This document shows, in pieces, positions 17,527 to 26,349 of a stretch of 38,079 nt of DNA. Location of the stretch: IMG/VR virus record IMGVR_UViG_3300004240_000023, positions 1 to 38,079 of that record; one strand, given 5' to 3'. Within the stretch, counting starts at the first letter, position 1; every line of letters starts with the position of its first letter. Both the position numbers and the translations under genes were made by a program. This DNA comes from a virus. Its lineage: Duplodnaviria; Caudoviricetes. The notes under the pieces are model-generated. The model saw nothing but the letters and a program-made list of their open reading frames with translations. It searched no databases and was not told the DNA's origin.

Positions 17527-18081
17527 TTAGCGATCTTTATTCGGTGGACGCTCAATATATACGGTGTCATCGGCAACAGGTTTCGCAACCTCAATCGGCA
17601 CCCACGCCCGCGAATACTCATATTTCTGCCAATTTTTCTTTTTCAAAAGACCATCAGACATAAGCAAATCAATTTCGTCGTCATGCATCAGGAAAAGATT
17701 AGATAGATCATCTTCCTCATATTTACCCGATGCCACAATCCGTTTAACCGCACGGCTGAGAGCATACGCATTTGTCGCACCGCGAGCACGATTTAATCTT
17801 ATGTGCATAACAATTGCTTCTATGTCGTCAACATCCTCGTGGATTACTGGAATAGATGATCCGTGTTTTTTCAAAAATTTTTCGTCATCTATAGAAATTA
17901 AGTACCGCTGATATCCATCAATAATCGTATTGTCAGACAATTTAACGATTATTGGCTGAACCCAACCGTATTCAATCATTGACATCTTGAGAAGCATCTT
18001 CTCTGGACGCAAAATGCTTGTTGCCCCCCACGCTGGAATTTTAAGTTTTTTATTGTCCACTAACACTATTTTCATCACCAA
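17527..18081 (-). CDS. ParB/Srx-like N-terminal domain protein (IbrB-like)
   Basis: SMIEYGWVQPIIV...IIDGYQRY...HIRLNRARG; start could be 18075. Confidence 0.85.
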   Translation of the reverse strand: MVMKIVLVDNKKLKIPAWGATSILRPEKMLLKMSMIEYGWVQPIIVKLSDNTIIDGYQRYLISIDDEKFLKKHGSSIPVIHEDVDDIEAIVMHIRLNRARGATNAYALSRAVKRIVASGKYEEDDLSNLFLMHDDEIDLLMSDGLLKKKNWQKYEYSRAWVPIEVAKPVADDTVYIERPPNKDR

Positions 18082-18578
18082 CCGTCACTTTCTTCTTGAA
18101 GTTTTTGAAGATAATCAACCAGTGAATCAAATGGTTGTAAAACTTTTTTGGGGGCGCTATAGAACCATTCCATGATCTGTCTCTTGTTATCAAATGTATG
18201 AACTTTTCTCCACTGGTTATAGGTCTTTGGAGAAATACAAACTATTCCCCTAGATTTTTGAGAAATCAAAACATAGGCAATAGGTTTTTCAACTTTCGCA
18301 TCAAATCCAGAAACTGTGTCAACAAACAAGGAATCATATGGATACTGCAAAACATCATCAGAAAAGTCTCTTGTTGATGATTTAACTTCCAAGCATTTAT
18401 CAGACCAATCAAAAATAATGTCTTTTTCAAACTTCGTCATCTGATCTCGCTCATAGTCGTTCTGAGCAATCTTCACATCTGGTGCCTCACACCGAATGCC
18501 ACGGCTATTGAGGACTTTGGCTACCTCTTTAGACCAGTATCCCCCAATGTGAAAAGACTCAACATAATCAAATGCCAT
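18075..18578 (-). CDS. Putative PD-(D/E)XK nuclease-fold protein
   Basis: KDII...CLEVKS catalytic-like motif; otherwise unassigned. Confidence 0.5.
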   Translation of the reverse strand: MAFDYVESFHIGGYWSKEVAKVLNSRGIRCEAPDVKIAQNDYERDQMTKFEKDIIFDWSDKCLEVKSSTRDFSDDVLQYPYDSLFVDTVSGFDAKVEKPIAYVLISQKSRGIVCISPKTYNQWRKVHTFDNKRQIMEWFYSAPKKVLQPFDSLVDYLQKLQEESDGW

Positions 18579-19712
18579 TTAATAATCTTCCCCTGCTTCA
18601 ATTGCTTTGAGCCTCATGGTGTGCGCTCTTGTTTTCGGACCCACAGGAGTCGGCGTGGACTGATGGAATTCGTTCAACAGCAATGTTCGTATCAGATATT
18701 CAAGTGGGAACCCATATGGGTCAACCGCCCTTTTTTTACGAAAAGCGGAAGCAAATTTCAAAGCATCCAAACGCATACCCGGGGTCAACATGTGATCGTC
18801 AATGCATTCAGACACGCCATCCCAACCATTGGATGCGTAACTAGAAATTAATGTTTCAATATCAAAGTCAGCCCAATATCTTCGTTGCGCATCTATTTGC
18901 GGAAAACAACGAACAAGTTGATCGTAAAACTCTGGCTCAGTTGCGACAACATCACCAATTCTTCGGATAGCGACAGAGTGAAGTGGGATACCCACACGAC
19001 TATTGCTACCTGTAAGTTCAGCCAAATCGTAGTACTCGCAATATTCGGCTTTATGTTCATCAATAATGAATTTGAGAACATCTTCAGTAGTCCAATCGTA
19101 AATCACTTTGGCAAACTTAAGCGGAATGGATTTTTGTAATAAAAATGGTGAAACTATGTAATTCTCGTGAAGTTTCTGAACACAAGATCTGTAACGCACC
19201 ATTGATTCGTTAGCCCTCACACCCATAACGAAGGCTGTCCTACCCTTTTTGCCTTGCATTGTGTAATAGTCAACAAGATTGGGACAAGGTTTTGATGGAT
19301 CTAAACCAAAATGCTCTGCCCTAATTGCCCACTCGGGCATATCCCTGACCAAACGACCCTCCGCTTTGCGTTGAGGAGACCACAGCAAAACATATTCCCG
19401 TCTCCCCAAAACCCAAATTTCTTGACCCGATGGAAGGCAGTACCACTCCATATCAACCCAGTCGTAGTTGCGGACTTTCTCAACAAAACGGATGACTGAT
19501 GGGCTAACCATTTCCTCGTCACGGAAAATGACTTTTACTTTGCCAAGATTTCTTTCTTCATGAATTTCTTTAGCCAAATAAATTATTGCCGTACTGTCCT
19601 TGCCACCAGAAAATTGGTAGCAAACAGTGTCAAAAGTGTCGTAAACATGACGCAATCTTTCCCGAGCGGCATCAACACATGATGTGTCAAGAAACAGGCG
19701 TTGTCGCGTCAA
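18579..19712 (-). CDS. PAPS-reductase family protein (IbrA-like)
   Basis: PP-loop FSGGKDS, FRDEE, GVRANESMVR, IYDWTTEDV; TTG start with AGGA upstream. Confidence 0.9.
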   Translation of the reverse strand: MTRQRLFLDTSCVDAARERLRHVYDTFDTVCYQFSGGKDSTAIIYLAKEIHEERNLGKVKVIFRDEEMVSPSVIRFVEKVRNYDWVDMEWYCLPSGQEIWVLGRREYVLLWSPQRKAEGRLVRDMPEWAIRAEHFGLDPSKPCPNLVDYYTMQGKKGRTAFVMGVRANESMVRYRSCVQKLHENYIVSPFLLQKSIPLKFAKVIYDWTTEDVLKFIIDEHKAEYCEYYDLAELTGSNSRVGIPLHSVAIRRIGDVVATEPEFYDQLVRCFPQIDAQRRYWADFDIETLISSYASNGWDGVSECIDDHMLTPGMRLDALKFASAFRKKRAVDPYGFPLEYLIRTLLLNEFHQSTPTPVGPKTRAHTMRLKAIEAGEDY

Positions 19713-19723
19713 AACATAATTCC

Positions 19724-20233
19724 TTAATCTTCAAGGTCATCAAAATTATTCTCTAAGTTAAGATCGTCAAACTCCCACTTTCCATCCAAAGAGGCGTGAA
19801 GCGCATAGTCAATCCGTGTTGGCTCCATCTCAAAATCCTGCATTAGTTCCCACCACTTTTTAATCGCTCGGCGATAAAAATCATCAGACAATGATTCGTC
19901 CAATTGTGATGAGGCAAGTCTCGTAACTTCATCCAGTTTTGCTGATACAAAAAATCTGAAGCGATCAATCTTGGATCTACGAATTGCAGAGTTAGCCGAA
20001 GCCTCGGCAAGGAGAAGATCTCCCTCCGCGCCCAAACCTTCATACTGACTGAGGCGCAGTTTTTCTTGCTTATCTATATCTATTATCTGATCCTCAAGGT
20101 TTTGTGAAAGGTACTGCAATGCTCGCTTCCACCTTTCCAAGTTTTCGGGCAGCGCTAAATACTTTCGCTGTGCATCTGACGCTTTATTTTTTACTTCTTC
20201 GGCGACAAGTCGCGCGAATGCTTCATCGTTCAT
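19724..20233 (-). CDS. Hypothetical helical protein
   Basis: ATGA overlap with upstream exonuclease; 169 aa. Confidence 0.75.
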   Translation of the reverse strand: MNDEAFARLVAEEVKNKASDAQRKYLALPENLERWKRALQYLSQNLEDQIIDIDKQEKLRLSQYEGLGAEGDLLLAEASANSAIRRSKIDRFRFFVSAKLDEVTRLASSQLDESLSDDFYRRAIKKWWELMQDFEMEPTRIDYALHASLDGKWEFDDLNLENNFDDLED

Positions 20234-20994
20234 TTGTTTTTACTCCATGCAGGACAAATAGGTTTAAAGTGACACCATCCGCACAACACCCCAACTTTGG
20301 TTTCAAAAACACCAGTTTGGCATCGTTCGTCTATTGCACTTCTTGTTTCAACTAGCATTGCTTTAATTTTATTCACATCTTCTTGCGTCGGGTCTTTAGT
20401 TAGTTTAATACCGTCTTTTATGTAGAGCAACTCTAAGGTGCCAATCTCTTTTTCCTCAAGTTCGGACAAAATAATTGCGTATATTAGAAGTTGGTCAAAT
20501 TTGTCGTCGCGAAATCGCAACTGTGGGACTTTGCCTGTTTTATAATCACCAATATTGACTTTGCCATCTTTTGCATCCCAACGGTCAATGAAACCTTTAA
20601 TTTTGACACCGAGTATTGGGTGATTAAGTTCAGTTTCAATACCATCAAACTCAATTTCTTGAGACGGTTCCATGGTTAAAAGGTTCTCTATGCAGTAACG
20701 CGCCCGAAGCCGAAATTCGCTAATTCGGTTTTTGTTGCCGAAATAAACATCTGCTACCGCATCCGCATATTGATCCCAAATAGCGCGGAACAATGTTCTG
20801 GCACCCAAAAGAGTGCGTTCAGACGCTTCTAGTCTGTAGAACTCTTCTAAAATTGAGTGAACATAATTGCCAAGCAAAGTATGTTCTGTGGGTGGTTCCT
20901 TGATCCCATCAATGCGTGAAAGTTTGTACTTTAACGGGCACTGTTGGAAAGTGGCTATTGAACTCGGGGAGAGATACTCGGGAGGATTGAGCAC
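20230..20994 (-). CDS. RecB/AddB/Cas4-like PD-(D/E)XK exonuclease
   Basis: YLSPSSI..FQQCP, GNYVHSILE, GFIDR, DYKTG, QLLIY, CGWC..KPIC (1+3 Cys); start set to GTG 20994. Confidence 0.9.
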   Translation of the reverse strand: MLNPPEYLSPSSIATFQQCPLKYKLSRIDGIKEPPTEHTLLGNYVHSILEEFYRLEASERTLLGARTLFRAIWDQYADAVADVYFGNKNRISEFRLRARYCIENLLTMEPSQEIEFDGIETELNHPILGVKIKGFIDRWDAKDGKVNIGDYKTGKVPQLRFRDDKFDQLLIYAIILSELEEKEIGTLELLYIKDGIKLTKDPTQEDVNKIKAMLVETRSAIDERCQTGVFETKVGVLCGWCHFKPICPAWSKNK

Positions 20995-20995
20995 A

Positions 20996-21691
20996 TTAGT
21001 CAATATCTCTGCGAGGCGGCATCTCAGGCGACTTGCTCTTCTTTGGGGCAGAAGCCTGAACGACCACAGATCCCTCAAACTGATATGAAATCAATTCAGC
21101 GATAAGTGCATCAAGTTCCTCTTCGGTGAACTCTGAAGGCTTTGGAACTGGACGACCCCCACCATAGTTAGACCAAAATGTCTTGATCTTTGCTTTGTTC
21201 TCATCTTTTGCCTCAAGCAAAGTCTTGAACTGCGCATATTTTGGTGAGACGACAGGTGCAGGTGGAGTAACAGCAGTTGCATCAATAGCCTGCTCAATCT
21301 CCATTGCTTCCTCTGAACGCGCAAGATACAAGCCGACTCCTAGTGTCTGAACCGCTTTCTTCAAAGCATCAGAGACCGCACCCTTGACTTCGTCACCGAT
21401 ATCAATTGGGTCACCTTGTTTGGACATTTTAATTTTTTGCCCACCGACACCCTCACGCGTCACAACATTTCCGCTGATTGTTGCTACAACCTGCACATGG
21501 GCGACAATTGAATTACCAACTTGTTGCCAATTCTTAACGGTGAAAGACCAATTCTCAACACCAAGAACTTTATTCATACGCGTGATGACTTCGCTCACAG
21601 GGATATAAACGAGGTTTGCACCGCCCTTGCTGAGACGCTTCTCCATCTCTGGCGGGAAATACTCCGTCAACTGAGAATATATATTGTTCAT
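20996..21691 (-). CDS. Rad52/Rad22-family single-strand annealing protein
   Basis: LVYIPVSEVITRMNKVLGVENWS...KGAVSDALKKA..LGVGLYL. Confidence 0.9.
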   Translation of the reverse strand: MNNIYSQLTEYFPPEMEKRLSKGGANLVYIPVSEVITRMNKVLGVENWSFTVKNWQQVGNSIVAHVQVVATISGNVVTREGVGGQKIKMSKQGDPIDIGDEVKGAVSDALKKAVQTLGVGLYLARSEEAMEIEQAIDATAVTPPAPVVSPKYAQFKTLLEAKDENKAKIKTFWSNYGGGRPVPKPSEFTEEELDALIAELISYQFEGSVVVQASAPKKSKSPEMPPRRDID

Positions 21692-22203
21692 GATTGTTCC
21701 TTTCTTACAATAATGCTCGTTTTTAGTTCTCCAACTTCACAATACTGATCGGCGTTAATACCAAGTTTAGAAAGTTCCTTGATACGCCAATAGGACGGCT
21801 GTACATAATCAAGAAGTTTCATCGCAATTTCACTTGATGTCATAATGACTTCACCCGTATCCATATCTACCGACAAATCATTGAGTCTTCGCAAAACCTC
21901 TGAAGCAAGATCCTCATGCTTCCAGCCCTTACGGTCAAACGCTGACTTTTTCTCAATCTTTTGCCCATTTGATGCCGTTGCTTCATCGGTTTCAATTTTG
22001 CGGGCAAACAAAGTGGAGTATTGGGTGAACATTGAAGAAATATCACTCTTGATTGAATGAAGCAGAACAAGGGTGTCATACCAAAGTTGCTCATTATCTG
22101 ACTCCAAATTTTGCAGAGCGCTTTCCTCTACCGCAAGCAACGCTTTGCGAAATTCAACGAAAGGCTTAAGCCTCTCTACATCTTTGAAAGGAAATTCGCT
22201 CAT
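21688..22203 (-). CDS. Hypothetical protein in recombination module
   Basis: ATGA overlaps at both ends; VDMDTGEV motif. Confidence 0.75.
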   Translation of the reverse strand: MSEFPFKDVERLKPFVEFRKALLAVEESALQNLESDNEQLWYDTLVLLHSIKSDISSMFTQYSTLFARKIETDEATASNGQKIEKKSAFDRKGWKHEDLASEVLRRLNDLSVDMDTGEVIMTSSEIAMKLLDYVQPSYWRIKELSKLGINADQYCEVGELKTSIIVRKEQS

Positions 22204-22451
22204 ACGAGTGAAGGGATCTTTGAGTTGAGTGATACTGAAATTCGCACCAATGTGTCAATGCTTGGCGAAAAGTGTCCGTTCTCAATGCGGTTGATCGTCT
22301 TGCGGTCAACACCAGCGATTTCCGCTAATCCTTCTTGACTTAGTTGCAGATTCGTTCGCGAGTTCTTAACCCACTCCGAAATGACTGCTTTGCTTTGATT
22401 TGTTGCTGTTCGCAACTGTGTTTTTGTTGGCGGTTTCGTTGCCTTTTTCAT
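22200..22451 (-). CDS. XRE-family helix-turn-helix regulator
   Basis: LSQEGLAEIAGVDRKTINRIENGHFSPSIDTLVRIS. Confidence 0.95.
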   Translation of the reverse strand: MKKATKPPTKTQLRTATNQSKAVISEWVKNSRTNLQLSQEGLAEIAGVDRKTINRIENGHFSPSIDTLVRISVSLNSKIPSLV

Positions 22452-22490
22452 GTGATTATTCCTTTAGGGTAATAGTGGTATAGGTTTATC

Positions 22491-23795
22491 TCACACGATG
22501 ATAGTGGCTCTTTTCCGCTGAGGCAACCCCAAACCAGTCAAAAAAGTAAACGCCCCTACCGCCGAGTCAACTTGGTCGTCGTGAGTGCAAGCCTCAGGAA
22601 ATGAAGAAATTTCATCAAGCCATTCGGTTATCCACTTTCCGCGAACAAGACGAACGTTTCCATTTGCTACAGCCGCGGCGAATGGTCTTGCCCGTGTTTC
22701 TTTGTCCCCTGACGACCTAATGCCCTGTAAGTCCCAACCCGGAACCACATATCTTGCGTACTGATCTATTAGGGCTTTACCAGACGACCCGGGTTCTTGC
22801 TCCATTCGGATGGCTACGGACTTGCCATCCTCTTGGGCTGTTTGAGAGATGAAAGTTTCAACCTTGTCAGATTTTGCTCGTATTTTTCGGACATCCATGA
22901 TGTAGGCAATCCCTTGGTCAAATAACATAAGGGTTCCGACAGTCCAGTCGGGGTCGGTATTGCCTGAGTGGGGCTCTGTTGCCGCCAAGTCCCAATATCG
23001 CACAGCACGAGCACTACTAGTGATTTCAGGGACGTCGGAGCCATCTATGATCGGAAAATCGGTTCTGTCAAATAATGTCCCAAGAGTAGTAGCCCACCAG
23101 TCACCGAACTCAAGCCTTCTACGCTCAATAGGGTCAAGAACAGACAATGCTTGACGATAAGACTCGGCGTCAATTCCTGGGTTGTCAGTTAAAAATGATG
23201 GAACAAAAAATCTCTCCTCATTTTTGCCCTCTACAATAAATCGTTGCCGAACCCAATTAGGGGCGGGGTTGGAGGCAGAACGCATTCGCAAGGGGACTTT
23301 TGACAAAGGACCCGAAGCAGGGCGACGCAAACGAGAGAACATATACCTGTAATCAGATTCACGAATTTCCGTAACCTCGTCCATACCAATAAATTGAAAC
23401 TCAGAACCCTTATAACGCAAGTAGTCATTTGTGTTATTTAAATAACCAAACGAAATTCGCGCCCCCGATGGGAAGGTCGCCACATAACTATTTGCGTTCC
23501 AATGAACATCATCATGTGCTGAAACCCAGCCACGGAAACGATCCATCAAGGCACCGGGCAAAGCCAAGTCGGCGTATGTGCGACGAAACAAAATGGCAGA
23601 ATAACCGGGGACATCCACATACTGCAAAGCAGACATGAGCAAAGCGGAAGATTTTCCTCCTCCCGCCGCCCCACCAAAAAGACCCTCAAGCGCATAACTT
23701 CTTAAGAAAACTTTTTGAGTAAGCGATGCTTCCTCTGGACAATACAAAGGCTCCTTCGGTTGCAGATACTCATAAATTTTATTCCAGTCAGCCAT
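22491..23795 (-). CDS. terL: Terminase large subunit
   Basis: Walker A GGAAGGGKS, Walker B FIGMDE, SASNP, nuclease WDLAA and HDDQVDS; start set to ATG 23795 with GAGGA upstream. Confidence 0.95.
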   Translation of the reverse strand: MADWNKIYEYLQPKEPLYCPEEASLTQKVFLRSYALEGLFGGAAGGGKSSALLMSALQYVDVPGYSAILFRRTYADLALPGALMDRFRGWVSAHDDVHWNANSYVATFPSGARISFGYLNNTNDYLRYKGSEFQFIGMDEVTEIRESDYRYMFSRLRRPASGPLSKVPLRMRSASNPAPNWVRQRFIVEGKNEERFFVPSFLTDNPGIDAESYRQALSVLDPIERRRLEFGDWWATTLGTLFDRTDFPIIDGSDVPEITSSARAVRYWDLAATEPHSGNTDPDWTVGTLMLFDQGIAYIMDVRKIRAKSDKVETFISQTAQEDGKSVAIRMEQEPGSSGKALIDQYARYVVPGWDLQGIRSSGDKETRARPFAAAVANGNVRLVRGKWITEWLDEISSFPEACTHDDQVDSAVGAFTFLTGLGLPQRKRATIIV

Positions 23796-23822
23796 AAGTC
23801 CTCGTAAATGTAGATGAATACA

Positions 23823-23833
23823 TAATGTAGTAT
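23823..23833 (+). promoter_or_regulatory. Candidate phage promoter TAATGTAGTAT in the divergent intergenic region
   Basis: TRATGTANNNT copy about 37 nt upstream of ATG 23870. Confidence 0.5.
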
Positions 23834-23869
23834 TGAATAGGTCTTTCATTTGCTAAGGTGACGGTCTAA

Positions 23870-24046
23870 ATGGATATTTTTCGCAAACTAAAGTTATTCA
23901 CTAACCGCCGCAATCTAGCAAACTGTCTGATGTCTCTATTCGTGGTAGGTGTCGCTTTGGGTGCTGGTCTTATATTTCCGCCTGCTGGATTTATAACGGG
24001 CGGTATTGCTTGCGGAATCTACGGGTATCTGTTGGGATCTGAATAA
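23870..24046 (+). CDS. Small membrane protein preceding portal (58 aa; absent from the ORF track)
   Basis: MDIFRKLKLFTNRRNLANCLMSLFVVGVALGAGLIFPPAGFITGGIACGIYGYLLGSE*; TAATG overlap with portal start. Confidence 0.75.
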   Translation: MDIFRKLKLFTNRRNLANCLMSLFVVGVALGAGLIFPPAGFITGGIACGIYGYLLGSE

Positions 24047-26253
24047 TGGCTTGGAATAGCAACAACAATAAGGATCTCCGCAACATCGCTGAAAAAGCGA
24101 TGTCCAACCCCGGAGCGCCAGTCGCGTTTGACATGTCTCGTCAAGGCAAACCATATAAAGACGGATGGGATATTGAACGCGCATACCGAGATGGTATGCA
24201 AAAAGTTACATGGGTGTTTCGCTGTATAGACGCAATTGCTGGCAACCAAGCACGCCTGCCAGTCATTCTCCGAAAAGGAAATGATCAACGCGGGGAGAAA
24301 ACAAAAAGCAACGAATCTTTATTAGAAATTTTTAACTCCAAGTCAAACGATGGTGAAAACTCATTTGCTTTTAGATACCGCATATCTGCGCAACTCTTAA
24401 TGAGCACACGAGGCGTGTTTATAGAAAAAGTCCGTTCACGAGACGGAAAAATAATTGCGCTTCAACTTCTACCCCCACAATTTACTGCCCCAATCCCTGA
24501 TCAAAAAAAGTTTGTTTCAGGTTTTGAAGTTGATATGCGCAACGGAACAAAGTTTGTTTTAAAACCAGAAGATGTTTGTTGGATTCGCAGACCACATCCA
24601 TTGGATCCATATCTTTCAATGACACCTATGGAGTCCGCTGGTATTGCAATTGAATTAGAAACACTCGCAAAACTTTATAACCGTAATTATCTGCTGAATG
24701 ATGGACGACCCGGTGGTTTGCTTGTTGTTCGTGGGGATATGGAAGATGACGACAAACAAGAATTAAAAAATCGTTTTAGGGGAAATCTTTCTAAGACTGG
24801 CTCAACAACCGTTATTGCTTCAGAAGCAGGCGTTGATTATGTTGACACATCTGCGTCACCAAGAGACGCGGCGTATTCGCAGATGCGAGAAATTCAAAAG
24901 AATGAAATCTTCGCTGCGTTTGGAGTTCCAGAGTCGGTAATCGGAAACGCCGCTGGTCGGACATTCAGTAACGCCTCAGAAGAACTGCGAGTGTTTTGGA
25001 TGGAGACAATGGCTCCACACCTGCATACAATCGCACGCGCACTTGATGAACTTGACGATAAATATTATGTTGACTTTGATACCGACGACATACCAATTTT
25101 GATTCTTGCTAAACAAGAACGCGAACGATATGTCATGGACGAATTTCAGCAGGGTCTCATTTCTCTAAATGAGTACCGCACAGCAACAGGGCGGAAAAAG
25201 GTTGAATCAGAACTTGCCGATTCGCTTCTTTCTAATCCGAACCTCACACCAATCGCTAATACAGAAAAGCCTTTCAAACCAGAGGAACAGCAACCAGTTG
25301 ATATGGCGGGTGTTGATCCGAACGCTGTACCCGGTGGGCTTCCACCGCAAGACGGTGCAATGGCTATGCCACAGCCAGCCCCACCATCGCCAGTTCCGGC
25401 ACCTGATATGCCAGCAGAAGCACCGACAGAAACAGCAACGCTTACACCAGATCAACAACTTTCCGAATTTGAAAAAATCCAACATGAAATGCAACTCAAA
25501 TTCGTTCAGGAAATTGAAACAAAAGCAGACACCGACACCGACCGTTGGACTGAAATTATTGACCGAGCCCTAGAACGCCTTTTTGAACGACAACAACGAG
25601 TCGTTATGGAGAAAGCATTTGGCAAGCGTGGTGTTAAGGCTCTAGCAAGTGGCGCCCTTACCGTAGACATGGTGTTTGACCCTGATGTGTGGAACAAGCA
25701 ACTTGCAGACGATTTGGAGCCAATCATTTCCGCTATCTACTTGGACGCAAAAGAATATGTCGCCTCGCGCACAAGTGAGCAAGTCACTCTTGACCCTCAG
25801 GAAACAGAGAAACTTGCTCAGCAACAAATTGAACGAATGCAACAAGCAAATACGGGGACGGCAGAAGAAATCGCAGCGGCGATTGCTGTCGCCCTAATGG
25901 AAGAAAACGAAGAAGAAAGATCAACTCTTTTGAGGTTGGCGCTTATCGCAATTTTCCTGAAACTTATCTCTAAGCGAAAGCGAGACATTGCCGAACATGA
26001 GGCGCAGGCTTCATACAACGGAGGTGTTTATTTGGCGGGCAAAGACAGTCAAGGTAATTTCACGAAAACTTGGCTTACACGAAAAGATTCACGCGTTCGC
26101 ACGGCACACAAGTTTCTTGAAGGTAAGACAGTAAACTTTGGCGACGGCTTTGTTGTGGACGGGATGATGTTGCGTTTCCCCGGCGATCCGATAGCCCCAC
26201 CTTCGCTTACTTTCAACTGCCGTTGCCGTCTTCGTTTTGGTTTCAGCGAATAG
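24046..26253 (+). CDS. HK97-family portal protein fused to a MuF-like minor head domain
   Basis: WVFRCIDAIA, NDGRPGGLL, IFAAFGVPESVIG, ISLNEYR; Pro-rich linker; C-terminal KTWLTRKDSRVRTAH...FPGDP...NCRC. Confidence 0.92.
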   Translation: MAWNSNNNKDLRNIAEKAMSNPGAPVAFDMSRQGKPYKDGWDIERAYRDGMQKVTWVFRCIDAIAGNQARLPVILRKGNDQRGEKTKSNESLLEIFNSKSNDGENSFAFRYRISAQLLMSTRGVFIEKVRSRDGKIIALQLLPPQFTAPIPDQKKFVSGFEVDMRNGTKFVLKPEDVCWIRRPHPLDPYLSMTPMESAGIAIELETLAKLYNRNYLLNDGRPGGLLVVRGDMEDDDKQELKNRFRGNLSKTGSTTVIASEAGVDYVDTSASPRDAAYSQMREIQKNEIFAAFGVPESVIGNAAGRTFSNASEELRVFWMETMAPHLHTIARALDELDDKYYVDFDTDDIPILILAKQERERYVMDEFQQGLISLNEYRTATGRKKVESELADSLLSNPNLTPIANTEKPFKPEEQQPVDMAGVDPNAVPGGLPPQDGAMAMPQPAPPSPVPAPDMPAEAPTETATLTPDQQLSEFEKIQHEMQLKFVQEIETKADTDTDRWTEIIDRALERLFERQQRVVMEKAFGKRGVKALASGALTVDMVFDPDVWNKQLADDLEPIISAIYLDAKEYVASRTSEQVTLDPQETEKLAQQQIERMQQANTGTAEEIAAAIAVALMEENEEERSTLLRLALIAIFLKLISKRKRDIAEHEAQASYNGGVYLAGKDSQGNFTKTWLTRKDSRVRTAHKFLEGKTVNFGDGFVVDGMMLRFPGDPIAPPSLTFNCRCRLRFGFSE

Positions 26254-26300
26254 CATTTTCAGTAAAACACCCCCCAATATACTGAAAGTGTTGCTTTTTT
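26254..26300 (+). terminator. Hairpin with T-rich tail after portal
   Basis: CATTTTCAGTA (26254-64) pairs with TACTGAAAGTG (26280-90), one G-U; then TTGCTTTTTT; 15-nt loop is atypically long. Confidence 0.45.
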
Positions 26301-26303
26301 GGG

Positions 26304-26346
26304 GCTCCAAATAGTTTATTGTTTATAAACACACAATTTTTGGAGC
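26304..26346 (+). promoter_or_regulatory. Inverted repeat covering the protease SD
   Basis: GCTCCAAA (26304-11) / TTTGGAGC (26339-46); palindrome GTTTATAAAC (26321-30) in the loop. Confidence 0.45.
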
Positions 26347-26349
26347 ATC

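Noticed and set aside
18579-19712. Auxiliary sulfur-assimilation gene (cysH)
   Set aside because: Length, C-terminal extension and ParB partner fit the IbrA-like branch; no other cys genes
20230-20994. Cas4-like nuclease as a sign of CRISPR-Cas
   Set aside because: No repeat-spacer array or other cas genes seen; pairing with a Rad52-like annealase indicates recombination
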